Assembly (NCBI RefSeq): GCF_902713615.1
Contig: NC_052153.1
Coordinates: forward strand, 80,108,608 to 80,172,607
From: Scyliorhinus canicula
Lineage: Eukaryota
Length of the DNA: 64,000 nt
Reading direction: 5' to 3'
Notes under the pieces: generated by a model
Seen by the model: the letters and a program-made list of their open reading frames with translations, nothing else
Told to the model about the DNA's origin: nothing
Database searches by the model: none
Shown: one piece after another, positions 1 to 12,754 of the stretch
Position numbering within the stretch: position 1 is the first letter of the stretch
Layout of the letters: every line of letters begins with the position of its first letter
Position numbers and translations under genes: made by a program

Positions 1-1530
1 CAGCTAGACTTACCAAAACCTGTTCTACCAGGCTCTGATGGCCGCAGCCTCTCCCTCCCCTCCCCCCTCCCCCCCCCCCCCCCCCCCCCCCCCCCCACCT
101 CACTCCCGTTCACTGGCTGGCTTAAACCGGCAAACGTTGAGGTCCCCTTGCCCGGTCCGAGGAAAAACCAAGAAATCCCCTTAGCACATAACCCAGCATA
201 CCCACCCAAGACCCAAAGAACCATTATTGCAAATGAGAGTCCCAACTCCTGCCTGGTCCAAATATACAGCCGTTGACTGATTTAGTACATTCACCAACAC
301 GCAGTGAAGAAATAAAGTTACATGAGGCTACATCGGTACAAGACCCACTCTCAGTCCCAATTCTCAATTCTGCCACAGTCCTTCTGCCTTTGCAAAGCCC
401 TTCCGTCGCTTCCGCTGTCCCAAAATAAAAGTCATTGGGCGAGATTCTCCGCAAATGTGGAGAGTCGTAAAAGCTGCCGTGAAACTGGCCGTGTTTCACG
501 GCAGCCTTCACGCCCGTTCCCGGGGCCCGATTCTCTCCCCCCCCAATCGGGGCTAGGAGCGGGACCCCGGGAATCACGGCGTCGCGGCCTTAACGACCGT
601 CGTTAAAGCTGACGCGCGGCTGGCGTCTGCGCGGGTGACGTCATCATGCCATTGATGAAACCCGCGCATGCGTAGTTCCGCATTTCTCCATTGCCGCCCG
701 ACAAGATGTGGCGGCGTGATCTTGTCGGGCGGCGGGGGGGAAATAGTGCGTCCCTTTTGGACGCAGGCCCGACGATCGGTGGGCACCGATCGCGGGCCTG
801 TCCCCTCCCGAGCACAACGGTGGTGCTCCCGCCCCAAACGGGCATCCAGCGCCCGTTTTTACGACGGCAGCAAGCAGGTGTGTTTGCTGCCGTGGAAAAA
901 CGGGCGTAAAGGCCCGTCCACTCGGCCCATCGGCCGCGGAGAATCGGCGCTCGTCGTAAAAAACGGTGAGCAGCGATTCGTGGCGTGGGTATGGGGGTGG
1001 GAGAATAGCGGGAGGGCGCAAAAAATGTCAGGAGGCCCTCCCGCTCTTCTCTGCTCCTTAGATTTGTAGGTCACCCTGAACTTATTAGCTGGATATACTA
1101 TGCCGCACTACAGCTTGATGTACAGTGCCTTCTTCACCCGGCTGACGGCCGCCCACCTCTTCGCCAGCTCCACCGTAAAGTCGTGGTATATAGGTATACC
1201 AGCTCCAGCCCACTGCACCTCCCGCTTCTGTTTTGCCCAGCACAGGACCTTCTCATTCACGCTGTACCGACGGAAACAAACAGTTACTACTCTTGGCAAC
1301 TCACTCGCCTTTGGTATAGGCCTCCATGACCTATGAGCCCAATCCAGTTCGGATCGAGAGGGATCGTCCCCCTTCCCCAATGGCTCTGCCAACATTGTGG
1401 CAAAATACTCCGTTGGCCTCGGGCCTTTCACTCCTTCGGGCAGACCCACAATCTTCAGATTCTGCCGTCTGGATCTGTTTTTCAGGTCTTCCATTTTGGC
1501 TCACAGACCCTTGTTGGTCTCTATCACCTT
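1..1530 (-). mobile_element. L1-clade LINE fragment (ORF1 RRM/CTD and downstream spacer), split by a MITE at 437-1045
   Basis: EDLKNRSRRQNLKIVGLPEG...ELDWAHRS...IYHDFTVELAK is a typical L1 ORF1p signature; it continues as DFYFGTAEA beyond the MITE. Confidence 0.85.
437..1045. mobile_element. GC/CpG-rich palindromic MITE (PIF/Harbinger-like), right end truncated
   Basis: Terminal GGGCGAGATTCTCC and internal GGAGAAT repeats; interrupts L1 ORF1. Confidence 0.65.
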
Positions 1531-3573
1531 CTACAAAGCCTAAGGGGCAATTTAACATGACCAATTCACCTAACCTGCACATCTTTGGACTGCGGGAGGA
1601 ATATGGAGCATCCAGAGGAAACCCCGCTGACATGAGGAGAATGTGCAAACTTAACATAGTTCTGAGGTTGGAACCGGAATTGGGTCCCTGGCGCAGTGAG
1701 GCAGCAGTGTGGCAATTGTGCCACTGTGATTTTGCAATCAACCCGTATTTTCCCAAGTGACAATTAATTTTTTCACCTGAATTATTCTTTCTAGAACTTT
1801 CCCCTGCACTAAAGATTAAAAAAAATAAATTTAGAGTATCCAATTCATTTTTCCAATTAAGGGGCAATTTAGCCTACCCTGCACGTCTTTTGGGTTGTGG
1901 GGGCAAAACCCACGCAAACACGGGGAGAATGTGCAAACTCCACACGGACAGTGACCCGGAGCTAGGATTGTCCCGAGTCCTCGGCATCATGAGGTAGCAG
2001 TGCTAACCACTGTGCCACCATGCCGCCCCAAAGTCTCCCATTATAACTACTCTGTACTTCTTACACTTCTCCGTAATTTCCTTTCAAGGATCTTTGAGCA
2101 CTATAAATTCTGGATCTTGGGTCTGCTTTCATAACCACGTGCAAACTGTGGAACTAAGTGTAGCCTCATATGACCAGTTAGTTTCAAAACCAATAATAAT
2201 AACAATCGCTAATTCTCACAAGTAGGCTTCAATGAAGTTACTGTGAAAAGCCCCAGTCGCCTGTTCGGGGAGGCTGGTACGGGAATTGAACCCGAGCTGC
2301 TGGCCTTGTTCTGCATGGCAATCCAGCTGTTTAGCCCACTGTGCTATTGGAAATCTATAGTTTTTTTTGCAAAAAAAAGCAACTTATGATTTTATACCAA
2401 ATATCTCAATTTTTAAGTATTTCTCTCTTGTGAAATAGTGAAGATGATATGTCTTTTAGAACCTAAATAAGAATTGTGAAGTACTTGTCCATGAAGACAT
2501 AATTCCAAAGAGAAGAATCATTTGTTAAGGTATGATTCTAATACAGCACTATATTTTGTATTGTTTCTCACCTCTCATGAAAGCAATCACTCCATGCCAA
2601 GTTACTTGCGAATATGGACGGCACAGCGACATAGTGGTTAGCACTGTTGCCTCACAATACCAAGGACTGGAGTTCAATTTCAGCCTTGGGTGACTCTATG
2701 TGGAGTTTGTATGTTCTCCCCGTGTGTGCGTGGGCTTCCTCTGGATGCTCTGGTTTCCTCCCACAGTCCAAAGATGTGCAGGTTAGGTGGATTGGCCATA
2801 CTAAATTGCCTCAGTGTCCAAAATGTTCAGCGGGGTTATTGAGTTACAAGGATAGGGTGGAGGCGTGGGTCTAGCGAAGCTCTTTCAGAGGGTTGATGCT
2901 GACTAAATGGGCCAAATGGCCTCCTTCTGCACTATAGTGATTCTATTGCTTGGCCTAAATACATGTGAGCTATGACTGTGAGGGCAGATAGGTTATCTTT
3001 TGTGGGGAGCATTGTAGCAAATCCCAATCTTATGGTGTTTGATCGCCAAATACATTTCTCCTCCTTAATTCAGTTACCACACCAATATTTTCTTTTATAT
3101 GATTAAAAATAATAGGGCAGCACTGTGGCGCAGTGGTTTGCACTGCTACTTCACAGCACCGAGGATCCGGGTTTGATCCTGGCCCCGGGTCAGTGTCCAT
3201 GTGGAGTTTACACATTCTCCCCATTTCTGCGTGGGTCTCACCCCCACAACCCAAGATGATGTGCAGGGTAGGTGGATTGGAAACCCTTAATTTAAAAAAA
3301 AAGAATTGGATACTCTAAATTTATATTTGAAAAATGGTTACAAATAATAACCTTAAAACTCTGCATCAGTGTAACGCATGAACTGTAAATCATGCTCCCA
3401 TGGCACTATTCAAAGAGGAGCTCTCCCCAGGTCTGGACAATATTCATCCCTCAACCAACAGCACTAAAACAGATTATCTGGTCATTCATAGCTTCTCTAT
3501 TTTGCGGAACCTTTGTTCCCACATTGGCCAACAATGTCGATACTATATTAAGGGTAAGTGCTTTCGTTGAAAG

Positions 3574-4799
3574 TGTTACAACACCCTGAGCGAGTCCGCG
3601 GACAATTCCAGGCACTCGGGCACCGGAGTCCCAACATAAGTGAATTAACCAATAATTTGTATTAAGGTTTTGAGATCTTTAGCCCTCCACTGCTCCAATG
3701 ATTTACAGGAGTAAATCACAAAAAAACTGTTTTCCAAGAACAGAAGAGATAAACATGTAATGGCGCTGATAGAACGGTCTGCTAATCTAATTATTCCCCT
3801 CCTTCACCGTCCCACCCTCTACCCACACACATGACAGACACAGTGTGGGGTAGGGAAGGATTAAAATAATTGGGGGGGGGGGGGGGTTATATGGGAATGA
3901 GAGGTGAGCATCGTTGCTGCTGAGATTGTCGTCTTTGCAGTCAGCTATCTTCTAGGGACGCAAAGTATTGAAACCACAAACTGGCTTGGACCTTCCAGCT
4001 TGAATCTTCAGGCCGGACTCTCAGGCTATGGAATCCCCTCTAGGGTGACACTTTAACTTGTGTTGACATGAGCCTGACCATGGAAGATGCACTGTAGGTC
4101 CATTCAGTTCCTTATCTGTTGTCAGCTTTAGCAGATTGGCCAATAGATTGTCTCAGTTAAACAGAGCATCAGAGCAGCAACTTCCACGAGCCTGAGAGTG
4201 GTCTGGTAAATTACAGGGAGTCAAATCCGGATAGATTCCCCCCAGCTTGGTCTCCATGCTTTGCTCACTAGCTGGATAGAGAGAAAGCACTGGCTGCTCT
4301 GTTTGCCTGGAGTGAGCTCCAGCTGCGATATCAGAGAAATCCACCCTTTTCTGGGATTGAACCTGGGACCTTGGTGCCGTGAGGCTAACCACTGCACCAC
4401 CATGCTGCTCTCCTGGGAGAGATATTTAACAGAGTTCTGCTCAGCTGGGTTCAGATCAAACAGAAACCCAAACAGACAGAGTCACACAGCAAGGTGCCTT
4501 CCGGAAAAATCCGGACCGATCCACATCGAGAATCTGTCAAGTGCCGGGAAATTAAAGTAGCCAATTGGCTGCCAGCCATGTCCGTCACAATATATCATCA
4601 CTGGACCAAACTAAGTAGCACAACTGGCTGGGGGGGGGGGGGGGGGGGGGGGGGTGTCCTTGGACCAGACCAAGTATCACATTAAACTGTTGAAAAGCAA
4701 AGGCTGACGTATTGCAGAAACCAGTATAATAAAAAATAAAGGACTTAGACAGGGAAAACAAGGTTTAAACATGGGAATACTTACAATAGAAATGTCACA
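3574..4799 (-). mobile_element. Probable solo LTR
   Basis: TGTTACA...TGTCACA termini; 4-bp flanks aaag/caag (one mismatch). Confidence 0.55.
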
Positions 4800-4910
4800 C
4801 AAGTAACTTGTACATCTTGCCAAGGCGTCCTTTGCTGATAAGGAAATAAATATGGAGATGTGGCTGCTGTTATTTTTTTTGGAGGGTTTCCTATCAAGGA
4901 TCCAACATGT

Positions 4911-5889
4911 CCAGCCAGATCTATTCCTGGGGAGGAGGGCGGATGCCCTTGCCTTTGCCTCCCTGATCGCCTGCCGTAGAATCCTCTTTGGCTGGCGGTC
5001 AGCAGCACCACCCAAAGCTGCAGACTGGCTGTCCGACCTCTCGGAATCTCTCCAAATGGAGAAAATCAAATTCGCCATCCGGGGGTCAGACGATGGCTCC
5101 CACAAAGAGCCATTCACGCGACTGTTCCGGGACTTGTTTGTGGCCAACGAACAAGAGGAAGAATAGCCTAGGTAGTCAAGAATCAGGGGAAAGGAGTCAA
5201 GGCATGAAAGGGAGAGATAATCTGGGAGGGAGGAGGGGGGGGGGGGACACACACGGCTAAACCTGAGGAAAGAAAGGTGAACCACGGGGGGGGGGGGGGG
5301 GGGGGGGGGAGACAGCAAACCTGAGGAAAGAAAGGTGAACCGTGGAGAGGGGGAGAACAAGAGAGGACAACCAGCGAGGTGGGGGGGGGGGGGCATGGAA
5401 ATGGGAGCCGGAAGGAAGGCACGGGATACCAAAATGAGTATGACATCTCCAGGAGCGGGGAACAAGGAAAATAAAGACGGCGGACGGGAGGAGCAGCAGA
5501 AGCGGAGGCGAGCGCGAGACGGCAGCGAGATCCATCCGGGAGAAGCAGGCGACAACAACACGAAACACAGCCAAGTATCGCACACTATAATTATCTCCAC
5601 AGCACCCAAATGTATATTTGCCTCCCCAATCTCTCCCCCCCCCCCCCCCAAACAGTCGCCTACTTACGTGGTGTAAATAATTTTGCCAGGTGTACAGAGC
5701 TGCCGAGCTGGTGCACAATACCCCACCAGTTATTCTATTGCATTTTTTATTGTATATTTTTTTAACTATGTACCATTTTCTTCTCCTTGGTATGTATATA
5801 TATATATATATATATATGTTTCTTATCCTGTGTACATAACGGTAATTATACCTTGTTCAAAAACCCAATAAAAAACATTTATTGAAAAA
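4911..5889 (+). mobile_element. 5'-truncated L1-clade LINE (ORF2 C-terminus, G-rich 3'UTR, AATAAA, A tail)
   Basis: ADALAFASLIACRRILFGWRS...LQMEKIKF. TSD AAGGATC(C/T)AACATGT at 4896-4910 and 5890-5904. Confidence 0.9.
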
Positions 5890-7034
5890 AAGGATCTAAC
5901 ATGTAAGGGTTCAAACAGCTGCTTCTATAGCTCCTGCCTCCAACTGGTGGAATTGCTTTTGTGAAAAGGAGACTGGTGGCAATTCACTCATTTATTGACC
6001 ATCCAGCTCACAAGGATGTCCTGGTACATGTTGTGTGCCTTTTGAAGGCATATGTCTGCACTTGGCCGACCAATAGGATATTTTATTTATATACTTACCA
6101 TAAAATAAACATTAAAGGATGCTCAGATATATGGAAAAATGGGCATTGAACAAGTAAAAACTTTAAACAAATAATGCACCTTTCACAACCAATTCAGTAC
6201 TTATGAAACAGTCACTGTTGTAATGTAGAAAACCAACAATAAATTGAGCTAAAAAAGGTGCCACAAACAGGAATGAGAGACTGACCAGATCATTTGTGAT
6301 ATTGGTTGAACCCAAAGCAGAGATTTTATCCCTATATTTCTCTGCATCACAAAGCCTGCCCACTTCCACAATTCCCACTCCATCATTACCTCAGGCCATA
6401 TATTGTTGCATCCTTTCTATATTCCCCTTTAGCTTCTGGACTCAATTACTCCAATGTTATCCTGACCACATCCTCCATGTCTGTAAAATGTCAGCTTATC
6501 CAAAACTCTGCTGTTCTTTACCTATCAAGCATTGTCCTTTATCCTCGCATTTAAATTTTTCATCTTTTGTTTAAATTCCTAATGGTCTATTTCATCGCTA
6601 TCTAGCGTCACGTTTGTCCTCCTACAACCCTTGCTTACACTTGTTTTAATTGTAACTTTACTTCCTTTGCCCAATTAGAACTGTTATCAGCTGCCTAAAA
6701 CTCAATCCTTTTAGGAATTACCTCCTAAACCCCTCCACAATTTCTTAAATTTAAAAAAAATTGAAGGAAGTAGGTTTTAGAGTATGCAATTCATTTTTTC
6801 CAATGAAGGGGCAATTTAGCGTGGCCAATCCACCTACCCTGCACATCTTTTGGGTTACGGGGGTGAAACCCATGCAAATAAGGGGAGAAAGTGCAAACTC
6901 CACACGGCCAGTGACCCGGAGCCCGGATCGAACCTGGGACCTCGGTGCCGTGAGGCAGCCGTGCTAACCAGTGCACCACCATGCTTCCGTTTCCTTCAAT
7001 TTGTTTTGTGCACCCGATCCTTATTTGCTCGTCA

Positions 7035-7400
7035 GTCTTGGCTCAGCAGTAACACACATACATATCTTTGGATCGGAAGGCTGGTTCAAGCCCATTTCGA
7101 GACACTCACGACGCCATTAAAGCGGACATGTTAATGTCATACTGAGGGAGTGCTGCACTGCAGAAGAGTTGAATTAGGTGTTAAACTGAGGCCCCGATTG
7201 CCCACAGGTGGAAGTAAATGCTCCCATGGCACTGTTCGAAGAGGGGCACTCCCCAAAATCTGGACAATGCTCATCCCTCAACCAACAGTACTAAAACAGA
7301 TTTATCTGGTCATTCACATCTGTGTTCTTTTGCGGGACCTTAGTTGCCATATTTGCCTTCAATATCTATACTTCATTAGCTGCAGGTGCTTTGGTATATG
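7035..7400 (+). mobile_element. DeuSINE (SacSINE1/AmnSINE1-like), old; other copies ~3390-3530, 6165-6330, 19250-19380, 38870-39300, 62770-63115, 63445-64000
   Basis: tRNA-like head followed by Deu-domain-like gttaaactgaggcccc...cccatggcactgttcgaagag...catccctcaaccaaca. Confidence 0.7.
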
Positions 7401-7409
7401 AAAGATATT

Positions 7410-7535
7410 GGGCGGGAATCTCTGGCCGGGTTTGCCTGGCGACCGGAGAACCCCGCCCGAGGTCAATGGATTTTTCCATTGGCGGCGTCTCGCCCATGGC
7501 GTTCTTGCGGTGCACGGGGTGGAAGAATCCTGCCT
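7410..7535. mobile_element. Short Harbinger-like MITE
   Basis: TIRs gggcgggaatct / agaatcctgcct; 3-bp TSD ATT. Confidence 0.65.
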
Positions 7536-9079
7536 ATTACAGAACAACCTGCATTTCTCTAGCATCTTTAACATTGTAAGATGCACTCTTAAACAAAATT
7601 TGACACCAAACGACGCAAAATATTAGAATGGGCATGGTAGATTTTAGTGTGTTCTGTGAAGGGGTGAGCTGGATCCCCTATATTCAACCCCCTTAAGTTT
7701 TAAAAAAAATTTAGGGTATGCAATTCATTTTTCCCAATTAAGAGGCAATTTAGCATGGCCAATCCACCTACCCTGCACATCTTTGGGTTGTGGGGGTGAA
7801 ACCCACGCAGACACGGGGAGAATGTGAAAACTCCACACGGACAGTGACCCAGAGCCGGGATCGAACCTGGGACCTCAGCGCCGTGAGGCAGCTGTGCTAC
7901 CCACTAGGCCACTGTGCTGCCCCTCAACTCCCTTAGTTGGTCACAACAAAGATTTATCTTTCTTCTTCATGAGGATATACCTTTTTCAAATGAGAATGTA
8001 TTTAACTATTTATACTGAGAGCAATAAGGAGCCAATCAAAAAAGGTTTTCTGGAGTCAAAGTACGAGCAAATGTATTAACGACTAAATCCCAAAATAAAT
8101 AAAAACTTAACGCCAAGCATTTGGCCCTCATGTAAGCATTCCGAGTACCACACACGCAGGCACCCTTTTAGTTATTGGTGGCTGTGCACTTGCCAACTCT
8201 ATTAGCCTGCAAGAGTGCCATGAAATCAGGACTTGCGCCCAGCCTTCTGAACAGCATTGTGGGTGGTCTTACACCACCTGGACTACAGTGGCAGCTCACA
8301 ACCACTTTCTCTGGGGCAATTAGGGATGGGTAATAATTGCTGGCCTTCCAAGTAATGCTCATGTCTCATAAACCAATAAAAGAAAAAGTGTAACTTTGTG
8401 CTCCTTTTCCTCCTCCAATTAAATTTCATTCAACAATAATAAATATAACCTTGGTAATGGAATTACTCAACATTGAGCACCAGTTTGTTACATTGCCATA
8501 CTTATAGCCTATTTAATTTGCTACTGTACCAGATATATTAGCTGTGACGTCTATCTCAACAGGGAGTCCTGTTTGCCAGCCTTACAAAATGGTTCATCCT
8601 GAAATTATGTGAACTGTTCTTGTGGTTTCTTACTCAGCACATCAGAGTTATAGTTTATAATATTTTGTGATGCTTCCCAAAATGGGATAAACTGCTCACA
8701 CTCCCCATTTGAGCCCACAAGCGAAGAGTGACCACCTGGGTAACATACTGGAATATTACAGATGTCGGAAAAGACAAATACTGTCTTAAGGACAAAAATG
8801 ACAGAAAATCTAATACTTTTAAGGTAAATGTACATGTCGCCACAGTCCCAGGTGACCATCAGCTGCTTTCCCCTTACAGAGCGAGAGCTGACTAGTGGTG
8901 TTTTAACCTGAGGGTCACCAGACCTCAGGCAAAGGGCATGATGGCATAGTGGTAGCACTGCTGTCTCACAGCGCCAGAGACCTAGGTTCAATTCTGGCCT
9001 TGTGTGGCTGTGTGAAGTTTGCACTTTTACCCATGTCTGTGTGGGTTTCCTGACAATTATGTTTTTGAATGCTCATCAA

Positions 9080-9590
9080 TGGCCTCTCATCTTCCACCCT
9101 TCATAAACTTATCGAACACTCTGCTACTTGTATTTGAACTTGCACCAAATCCCCTTCACCTCTATAATGCTCCCTGCTCTGCACTGGCTCCAGTGACAAT
9201 GTCTGAAGTTTTCTGTTCCAAAACCGGTTTTCAAATCCCTCTCTGTAAATTCCTCCTCCAGCCTTACAATCCTCTAAGATCTCCACACTCTTCAATTCTG
9301 GCCTGTAGTGCATCTCCTACTTTTATCGTTCCATCGTTGGCGGCCATGCTTTCAGATGTGAAGGCCCCAAACCCTAGAATTCCCTAAATCTCTCAGCGCC
9401 GCCCCCCCCCCCCCCCTCCTCGTTTAAGTCACTCCCAAAGCTTCACCATTTTCACCTAGCTTTTGGTCATCTGTCTCAATACCTTGTTATGTAACTCAGT
9501 GTCAAACAAATCTTTTGTTTGACAATGGTGCTGTGAAGTACCTTGGGATTTTTTTCTATTGTGTTACAGGGGCTAAGTAGTTGCAATTAT
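9080..9590 (+). mobile_element. L2-like LINE 3' fragment (related pieces at ~6330-6740, 22730-22885, 42400-43310)
   Basis: Pyrimidine-rich decayed ORF end and L2-type tail ctgtgaagtaccttggga...; LIQNSA remnant at ~6497. Confidence 0.55.
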
Positions 9591-10135
9591 CATCAATATG
9601 GGCACAGGGAATAATCCTTGCACTGGATCAGGTAGGCCGAAGGCACATCGGACATTGGGCTTTGAGCCTCATTCACCTGAAACCTCAGGTCTGCAGATGT
9701 CTGCTGGGAGTGTCCAGGCAGCTAACTGCCAAAGTGGATTTAAATTTTGTGCCACTGCAACACCAGCAGTGGCCGGGTCCAGGAGATGGGGGAAGGAAAA
9801 TAGGGGCGTGATTGGAATGGAAGGAAGGAATACAGCCCACTTTTACATAGCCAGCTTCAAACAGTTGCTGGATCTGGGGTCTGACAGCTATTTTAGGAGC
9901 AAGCCATAGACTCCTTATTATAATGTATCTGGCAGTGGATCTCTGGCACAAAATGAGCAAATGTTTCCACCCCGCCATACTGGAGGCTTAGGCACTAATG
10001 TTGTGCCTGAAAAATAGGTGCAGTGCGACTGAATTTCTAGCTTTTTGGTATCCTAAAGCATAAAAACCAATAGATAACTTTCAAAATGCAAAATTAATTG
10101 GGTTTTTAAAAGCTTAACATTTCATAAGTAAATTG

Positions 10136-10141
10136 TTTATT
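10136..10141 (-). terminator. Candidate distal polyadenylation signal AATAAA
   Basis: TTTATT on the + strand ~950 nt after the stop; TE-like sequence resumes below ~10040. Confidence 0.55.
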
Positions 10142-10292
10142 AAAAATACTGCATTATGTAATACTACACTAAAAAGCTAGTAAGTATGCAACTGTGTAAA
10201 GATGCAACGTTAAAATTACATGCTTCCCAAAACAGCAAAGATCAAAAATAGAAGAAATTCCCACCATTAAGTTTCACTTAGTACATCACTAT

Positions 10293-10298
10293 TTTATT
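10293..10298 (-). terminator. Candidate proximal polyadenylation signal AATAAA
   Basis: TTTATT on the + strand ~800 nt after the stop. Confidence 0.45.
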
Positions 10299-11095
10299 GT
10301 CAATGCACATGAAACTACCACATAACGTTGTTCCCTTTTAAAGTGTGGATAAACCACATCAATACGAATAGAAGTTGACCAAAATTGAAAAATCTATACA
10401 AAAAGGTACAAATGTCTTGTATGGTAAATGATATGCATGCTTCTCAGAAGAGAAGAGAAATGGGGAGGTAGAAGATTCCTATGTAAAGGTTTTAACAAAT
10501 ATTGGTCTACTTACAACAGGAAACCCTTTCCTGAAAAAGGCACTAGCATTTGGTTGTTGACATTACATATCAAATTTAATATTGTCAATAGCAAACAAAC
10601 ATTCGCCTTTTCCCCACCATTATAGAAAATAAAAAGAGTATATGGGTGAGATGATGAAAAACTTGTTATAAAAATTCACATTCTTGCAGACAGTTTCTTC
10701 TGAACTTACTTCCATAAATGACATCACAAAGAGATGAGGATATTCCTTACAAATTGGATCATTTGCACATGGCAGCTTTGTAAAGTGTATCTGCATGAGT
10801 GACAAATCCGTTTCAATTCAAATATCACAACTGTTTTTTTTGTTAAAAACTTACTGCCTCTTAGGAAAGCAGTAGACAACCCATTGGAACAGTGAGTACC
10901 AAGTAACTGTGGTCTATCATATGGAAGTAAAAATGTTAAGTGTGTAACAGTAAATTTACTATTGTCTCCTTGTCGAAGGAAGCAGGTTACACAATTATCT
11001 TGAGCACTATCTGTACACGATGAATGCATTTTGCAAAGTCAGGATTCAGTTAAAATTGCACCTCCCTCACCAGCTTTTCGGTACTTATTTTGTTT

Positions 11096-12334
11096 TTATC
11101 TTGAAACTACTGAGCTGATTGAATTATAAGACGTTCCCCCATTGCAACTAGATATGTAAGTTTCATGCCCATTAGTATCTAAATTAACTTTGAAAACGGC
11201 TGAGGCCTTTAAAAGAAAGTCTGCAGCATCCCGACGACCCAGTCCTCTTAGTTTTGACATCAAAAGACCCACAGAGTTCTCTGGTGAAGCTGCCCACTCA
11301 GCCAATACAGCACCAGTTGGACTTGTCAAAAGTTTGCCTTCTTTTAAAGTTCCGTTCTGAACATTGAGTTTTGCAACAAGATCATCAAGTCCTAAGTTTG
11401 TAGCCAAAAGGCACCAGTCTTTACCCATGGGATCTGGTGGGTCCAGTAAGCGGCTAAGTTTCCTTCTTGCAAGAAGATTCAGTTCAGATACAGGAATATC
11501 CATACCTAGGTTTCCTTGCGAATAGATATCAAGGCAACCAAAGCATAGAATGCTACTAAAACTCTCTTTATAGCCCCCTATGGTATTGGTGAGTGAAGTC
11601 TCTTTCTGAGCTTGAGCTCTGAAGAAGTCTCTAGGCTGATAAACCATAACAAGTTCACTATGCTCCCTAAGCTGCTGGGGGCTCAAGTAATGCTTGACGG
11701 TCAGGATTCCTGGCAAAGTAGATGCCATTAGATTATCAATGACGCTACAAATGGAATCCAGAAACATAAAACATCTTATTTTTTCGGTTTCTGATCCTCT
11801 CACTTGTACTTCCACACCCTGTCCATGGTTGACCAGCAACACCAAGACTTCAGTTCCTTTGTTGGATATTTTTGATCCATTGGTCCATAACCTTACATCC
11901 AGTTCACCTTCGGAGTTCTGCTGATGTATCCATCTACAGAGGTTCACCTGCACTTTGTGGAAAGTACCACAAGGGTATGGGGTATGGTGCTCAACAGGCA
12001 CAAAGCGGACCCCTCCATAAACCATCATTTCATCATCTTCATCAGTCCAGGATCGGTGTAGACCATCTACTTTAATTAGAGCAGGAATATCTACCATGGA
12101 TCCATTTGTTAAATCCCGAGCACAGATGTCCATTGCCTCTAGAATCTGCAACAGCTCCTCCACATCCTTCTCGGATACCAGCCGCAGGATATCATCTATT
12201 GTGTACCGGCCCCTGTAGTGGTGCAAAGCCTTTTGATTTTCATTGGACAAAAGTTTTCCCAGTACATTGGTGCATAGCCACCGAGGATCCAGAAGTACCA
12301 CATCTTGGATAGTTTCACTTTGTAAAATATTGAT
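11096..12334 (-). CDS. DAPK1: DAPK1 last coding exon (COR, death domain, Ser-rich tail), 1239 bp including stop
   Basis: Acceptor ctttgtctcatag, then INILQSETIQDVVLLDPRWLCTNVLGKLL...RRKLSRLLDPPDPMGKDWCLLA...GRRDAADFLLKAS...GTSYNSISSVVSR*, the DAPK1 C-terminus. Frame is continuous with the upstream exons. Confidence 0.99.
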   Translation of the reverse strand: MNILQSETIQDVVLLDPRWLCTNVLGKLLSNENQKALHHYRGRYTIDDILRLVSEKDVEELLQILEAMDICARDLTNGSMVDIPALIKVDGLHRSWTDEDDEMMVYGGVRFVPVEHHTPYPCGTFHKVQVNLCRWIHQQNSEGELDVRLWTNGSKISNKGTEVLVLLVNHGQGVEVQVRGSETEKIRCFMFLDSICSVIDNLMASTLPGILTVKHYLSPQQLREHSELVMVYQPRDFFRAQAQKETSLTNTIGGYKESFSSILCFGCLDIYSQGNLGMDIPVSELNLLARRKLSRLLDPPDPMGKDWCLLATNLGLDDLVAKLNVQNGTLKEGKLLTSPTGAVLAEWAASPENSVGLLMSKLRGLGRRDAADFLLKASAVFKVNLDTNGHETYISSCNGGTSYNSISSVVSR

Positions 12335-12754
12335 CTATGAGACAAAGAAGATGGAGTGGAGATTAGTGGATTTGAAATGATTAATCTTAGCTTCAGTAAT
12401 AAATCATCTTAATTTAGGCCTGACTTATTTTCAGTCCAAACTTGTTACCAAAGAGCAAGAGTGTTTCTCAACCAACTCAATCCACTGGAGAAGTGTACAA
12501 TGTAAAATGCATTAAGAAAAGGCAGTTTTATTTACGTCACTATTAACAATACACATAATTATCAACTTAGATAACGTGACACCGATTATACTTCAAAAGG
12601 AATTAATTGGATCCAAAGAACTTTGGGTTACCCCGATGATGCAAAAGACATTTTCTGAATGCAAAGTATTTCTTCACATTTTCTAAATTTTCGCTCTTTA
12701 TTACCTGCACTTAAACATTGTTTAATTAGCTTTCCCGAGAGAGTCATAAATCCA

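Larger units (their letters stand above)
10115..11095 (-). other. DAPK1: DAPK1 3'UTR (end approximate)
   Basis: AT-rich sequence with no recognisable TE after the stop codon, ending near minus-strand AATAAA signals. Confidence 0.65.

Noticed and set aside
224-1074. Cluster of overlapping ORFs / CpG-island promoter
   Set aside because: Explained by a GC-rich MITE inserted in L1 ORF1.
3115-3190. tRNA genes at SINE heads (many copies)
   Set aside because: A/B boxes continue into SINE bodies; no complete cloverleaf.
4677-5651. 324-aa minus-strand ORF
   Set aside because: Antisense to the L1 ORF2 end and G-rich UTR; low-complexity Pro/Gly from homopolymers.
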